Source of the DNA: Octopus sinensis
Taxonomy: Eukaryota
Direction of reading: 5' to 3'
NCBI RefSeq assembly: GCF_006345805.1
Contig: NC_043000.1
Location: forward strand, 91,264,001 to 91,328,000
Length of the DNA: 64,000 bases
A program made the translations under genes and the position numbers. Positions 59,967 through 64,000 of the stretch are shown piece after piece. A model generated the notes under the pieces. It saw only the letters and a program-made list of their open reading frames with translations, was not told the origin of the DNA and did no database searches. Every line of letters starts with the position of its first letter. The stretch's first letter is position 1.

Positions 59967-61478
59967 CATTTGTGTGATACACGATCCCTATTGATCGGCT
60001 TCCCCACCTTTTTTTTTCACAATCCCTTTTGATCGAAATTCTACCCCTTCCTTTTGTTTTCCTTCTCAAAAAGAAAAGCTCTCCTTTGTATTTTGTCCCC
60101 TCTGTGTAACTTAATGGTTTGGTAAAAGAGATCAATAGAATGAGCTCTAGGCTTACAAAGAATAAGTTCTGGGGTTGATTTCTTAGACTAGAACTCTTAA
60201 ATGTGGTGCTCCAGCATGGCCACAGTCAAATGAGTAAGACATGTTAAAGAATAAAAGAATACATGTATATATGAATTAAAGATACAAACTTAAGTGTTTG
60301 CATATAATACATTTCACTGAGGAAATATTAGTGTTGGTTTTCTGTGAGTGAGTTTTAGAATAAAAGAAAATTGCATTTTACTAAACAGTTAGCATATGAA
60401 AAATTTTATTGAATAAAATATGAGCAGGATTTTTCAAAAGAAATTTTACAGAAGCATAAAAAAAAAAAAAAAACATATTTTACTAACTGCTTTGCATTGT
60501 TATGCAGCTTGTTAAAGTTTAAACTTTGTTTTTCAGTGCTATTTCTAGCTCATGTTATGGGCCCAAATTTTCCTTCTTCAGGATTATGGAGTGCCTGATT
60601 TTTCAAACTGAATTTTTGTTAGCACATATGTATCTATGATGAGTTTGAATTGAGATGAAACTGTCTTTACTGTTAGTAAACAGATACAGTTTGAAACCAC
60701 AATCAGGCTCTGTGTTGAATTACAAAACAAATCAAGACTGCTGATGACTTAATTCTGAACAAATGTATTAGTGTTGGTTCTCCTTGTCTCCTTTACATAG
60801 AACAGAAGGTGTGAATTCAGTTCTACTAACCTACACACGTTATAATTGATTATACAATGTTTGTATTATTACATATTGATAAACTATACATACATCATGG
60901 TACTTATTTATAATAAGAAGCACTGAGCTAGACAGCATAAATCATGACCATAGTGGTTCAATATAAATCTTTCAGATATCCAGAAGCAGATCAACAACAA
61001 CTTAACTCATCTGTCATCAACTGTTTTAGGTAGAATAATGCACACAATACATGAAATGCAAAGCTGATTATTTTTCACTGAAATGTGAAACAGTCAAATG
61101 TACATTTACAGAACAAACGTTAAATTGATGTTAAAGAATGTTAACATATGGTTTGGTTTACGTGATACTTCTGTTTTTTAATTCTTGCAAGTTTTTAACG
61201 AGATATGCTAGAAATATATAGAAAAAAAACATGATGAAATAGCTTTGCAAAATGTGGAAGAAAGGAACAAAAATTGGTTTGAATTAAGATTGAAATGACA
61301 TGTATACAAATATGCAAGAACTTATACTTATATATATGTACACATACACACACATGCACACACAAGTATATTTATACATGCATAAGGATATATATATATA
61401 ACTATATATGTTTATATATATAAAAAATATATATATGTATATGTATATAAGTATATATAGGTATATATCTCTCTCTCC

Positions 61479-61522
<44 letters not shown>

Positions 61523-61615
61523 ATATGTATATATGTATATATGTATTATATATATAAGTATAATATATATGTATATATACATAAGTATATATATATAAGT
61601 ATATATATGTATATG

Positions 61616-61696
<81 letters not shown>

Positions 61697-63164
61697 GTAA
61701 ATATATGTGTATAAATACATAAATACATATACATGCATATATATATATATTTAAAGAAACAGATATAAACAGTAAAAGATAAGCACTTGGTTGAATGCAA
61801 CAAGCAAAATGAAAAAAAAAATGTTAGTGTGCAGAAGTTTAAGAATAGTACATATTTTATAGGAATTTTTTGTGTCAATTATATGTAGAGACTTAAGTAG
61901 TTAAATGGTTAGATTGATAGGCACACACACACACATACACACTCACACACATGCACACACACATGCACAAACACACACAAATACATTCACACGTATTTTT
62001 TCATGAGTGATGATTAGTAATAAAAAATTATGATAGCTGACTTTTGCCATGTGTAACAAACAAAAGTGTCAATAAATATGCAATAAATTGTAAAAAGAAA
62101 AACTATATTATATACACACACACACTATTTTATAAATATATAGATATATGTATATAGTACATAAATATACATAAAATCTATATACATATGTATAATATTA
62201 TATAAACACACATAAATAGTATATATTGTTTATATATAAAATGCTATATGTATAATGCATATGTGTACATAAATATATGTAAATGTGTGTGCATACACAC
62301 ACACAAGTATGTATATGTATATATATAATGTATTCAAAAGCATTTATGTAAATATTTAGATACACTTTTCTATATGTATGTGTATATGTATACATGTATA
62401 AATGTTTGTTTATCTATATATATGTAATGTTTAATTTTTAATAATAATGATAATAATAACAACAAGCACCACAGCAACAACAACAACAACAACAACATCA
62501 CCAAGAATGACAAGTACAACAACTCCAGCAACAGAAATAATCATAATTACAAGTACAAAATTATATAGTAGTAGTAGTAGTAGTAGTAGTAGTAGAACTA
62601 GTAGTGATAATAATAAGATGATGGCAAAAACATCAACAACAACCAAGAATAACAGTTGTGACTGTCTGGATGAGCAAACACAACTCAACATGGAACACAA
62701 CAAGACTTGTCCATCAAGAGACCATCACCATCACCATCACCATCATAAAAAAAAAGTTCTCCAAAATAAAAAATTTAGATTTTGAAGAATTTTTTTCTTT
62801 ATGACAAGTATAGGTGTTTTTTGGAGAGATGCATGTACTTTTGCTAGGAATATTCCTTCTGTATTGGAATATATGTTGGAATTTCATTTGCTTGCTGATC
62901 TGAATGTTTAAGGGTATGAAGACAGTATTTTTATGTGAGTGTGCTTCTGGATGTGTTTGTGTGTATGTGTGTGTGAGTGAGAGAGAAAGAGAGAGATGTA
63001 TGAGATTGCTTCCAAGTTTGGGAATCCATTAAGTAAGGTATGACAAATCAGTGGTTCCCAACCATTCAAAGTTAAAATTAAATCCTGTTATATTTTCTAT
63101 AATTAAATATTACTAGGAATTGAATTAAAAAAATTGTTAAAAATATTGTGTATTATAGAAGTAT

Positions 63165-63558
63165 ACTCTTTTACTCGTTTCAGTCATTTGACTGCGGCCA
63201 TGCTGGAGCACCGCCTTTAGTCGAGCAAATTGACCCCAGGACTTATTCTTGTAAGCCCAGTACTTATTCTATCGGTCTCTTTTGCCAAACCGCTAAGTTA
63301 TGGGGATGTAAACACACCAGCATCGATTATCAATCGATGTTGGGGTGACAAACACAGACACATGAAGACACACATATATATATATACATATATACGACGG
63401 GCTTCTTTCATTTTCCGTCTACGAAATCCACTCACAAGGCTTTGGTCGGCCTGAGGCTATAGTAGAAGACACTTGCCGAAGGTTCCATGCAGTGGGACTG
63501 AACCTGTAACCATGTGGTTGGTAAGCAAGCTACTTACTCCACAGCCACTCCTTTGCCT
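63165..63558 (-). mobile_element. Full-length SINE family 1 copy
   Basis: Reverse complement of the 12249 family. Confidence 0.88.
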
Positions 63559-63618
63559 ATATATATATATATATATATATTTTGGGAAACAATGCGGATT
63601 ATACTTGAGGATTTACGG

Positions 63619-63667
<49 letters not shown>

Positions 63668-64000
63668 AGCAAAGTAGGTAGTTAGAAAATCTCTATACTG
63701 CAAAGTAATGTTTATAGCCACATCAATATGTCTATTTGACGTTGCTACCGTTTTTAACCCTGAGAAGAGCCTCCTCTTGCTGGCTATCAATGCAATCTGC
63801 ACCCAGTATATATTGCAAGCAGAGAGTGAACTTCTGCTATTTTTCAGCAGACGATGGGATCAGCAGACCAAATGGTTTCAGGCTAGATGGGCCTGTCATC
63901 AGTAGTGATATACATATACACACACATCTATCTCTTTATCAATTGCTATGTATTTATCTTTTAATATATTTAATACGAGAGATTACCTAAAGCATAGTAC

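Noticed and set aside
60637-60760. C/D-box snoRNA (ATGATGA...CTGA)
   Set aside because: No terminal stem or recognisable guide; such motifs arise by chance in AT-rich DNA.

Overview
AT-rich, microsatellite-dense animal genomic DNA, most likely a cephalopod (Octopus-like). That assignment is inferred from the SINE families and the (TA)n/(TG)n/(CAT)n density. There is a 100-N assembly gap at 39630-39729. I cannot support any host protein-coding gene; nearly all short ORFs in the track are microsatellite or SINE translations. The window is a transposable-element landscape: tRNA-derived SINEs (at least three families), RTE, CR1-like and Tx1/L1 LINE fragments, Tc1/mariner remnants and Penelope-like (PLE) remnants. 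Two systems stand out. (1) At 1198-7613, three ORF1-only elements (RRM-like regions plus one CCHC knuckle, no ORF2) are stacked head-to-tail at one site inside a SINE head. They show target-site repeats, a shared 5' motif whose DPE-like box sits exactly +28 from an Inr-like motif in the target, and a 3' stem-loop shared with a Tx1-type ORF2 fragment at 53 kb. (2) About a dozen intact-looking or variant type I hammerhead ribozyme motifs, most with a short palindromic helix III, occur in several unrelated short non-coding elements. These are mostly next to (TA)n tracts and often in tandem or inverted arrangement. They include a near-identical 536-bp tandem retrozyme-like repeat at 16.3-17.5 kb. 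All structures were read by eye; nothing was computed or searched.
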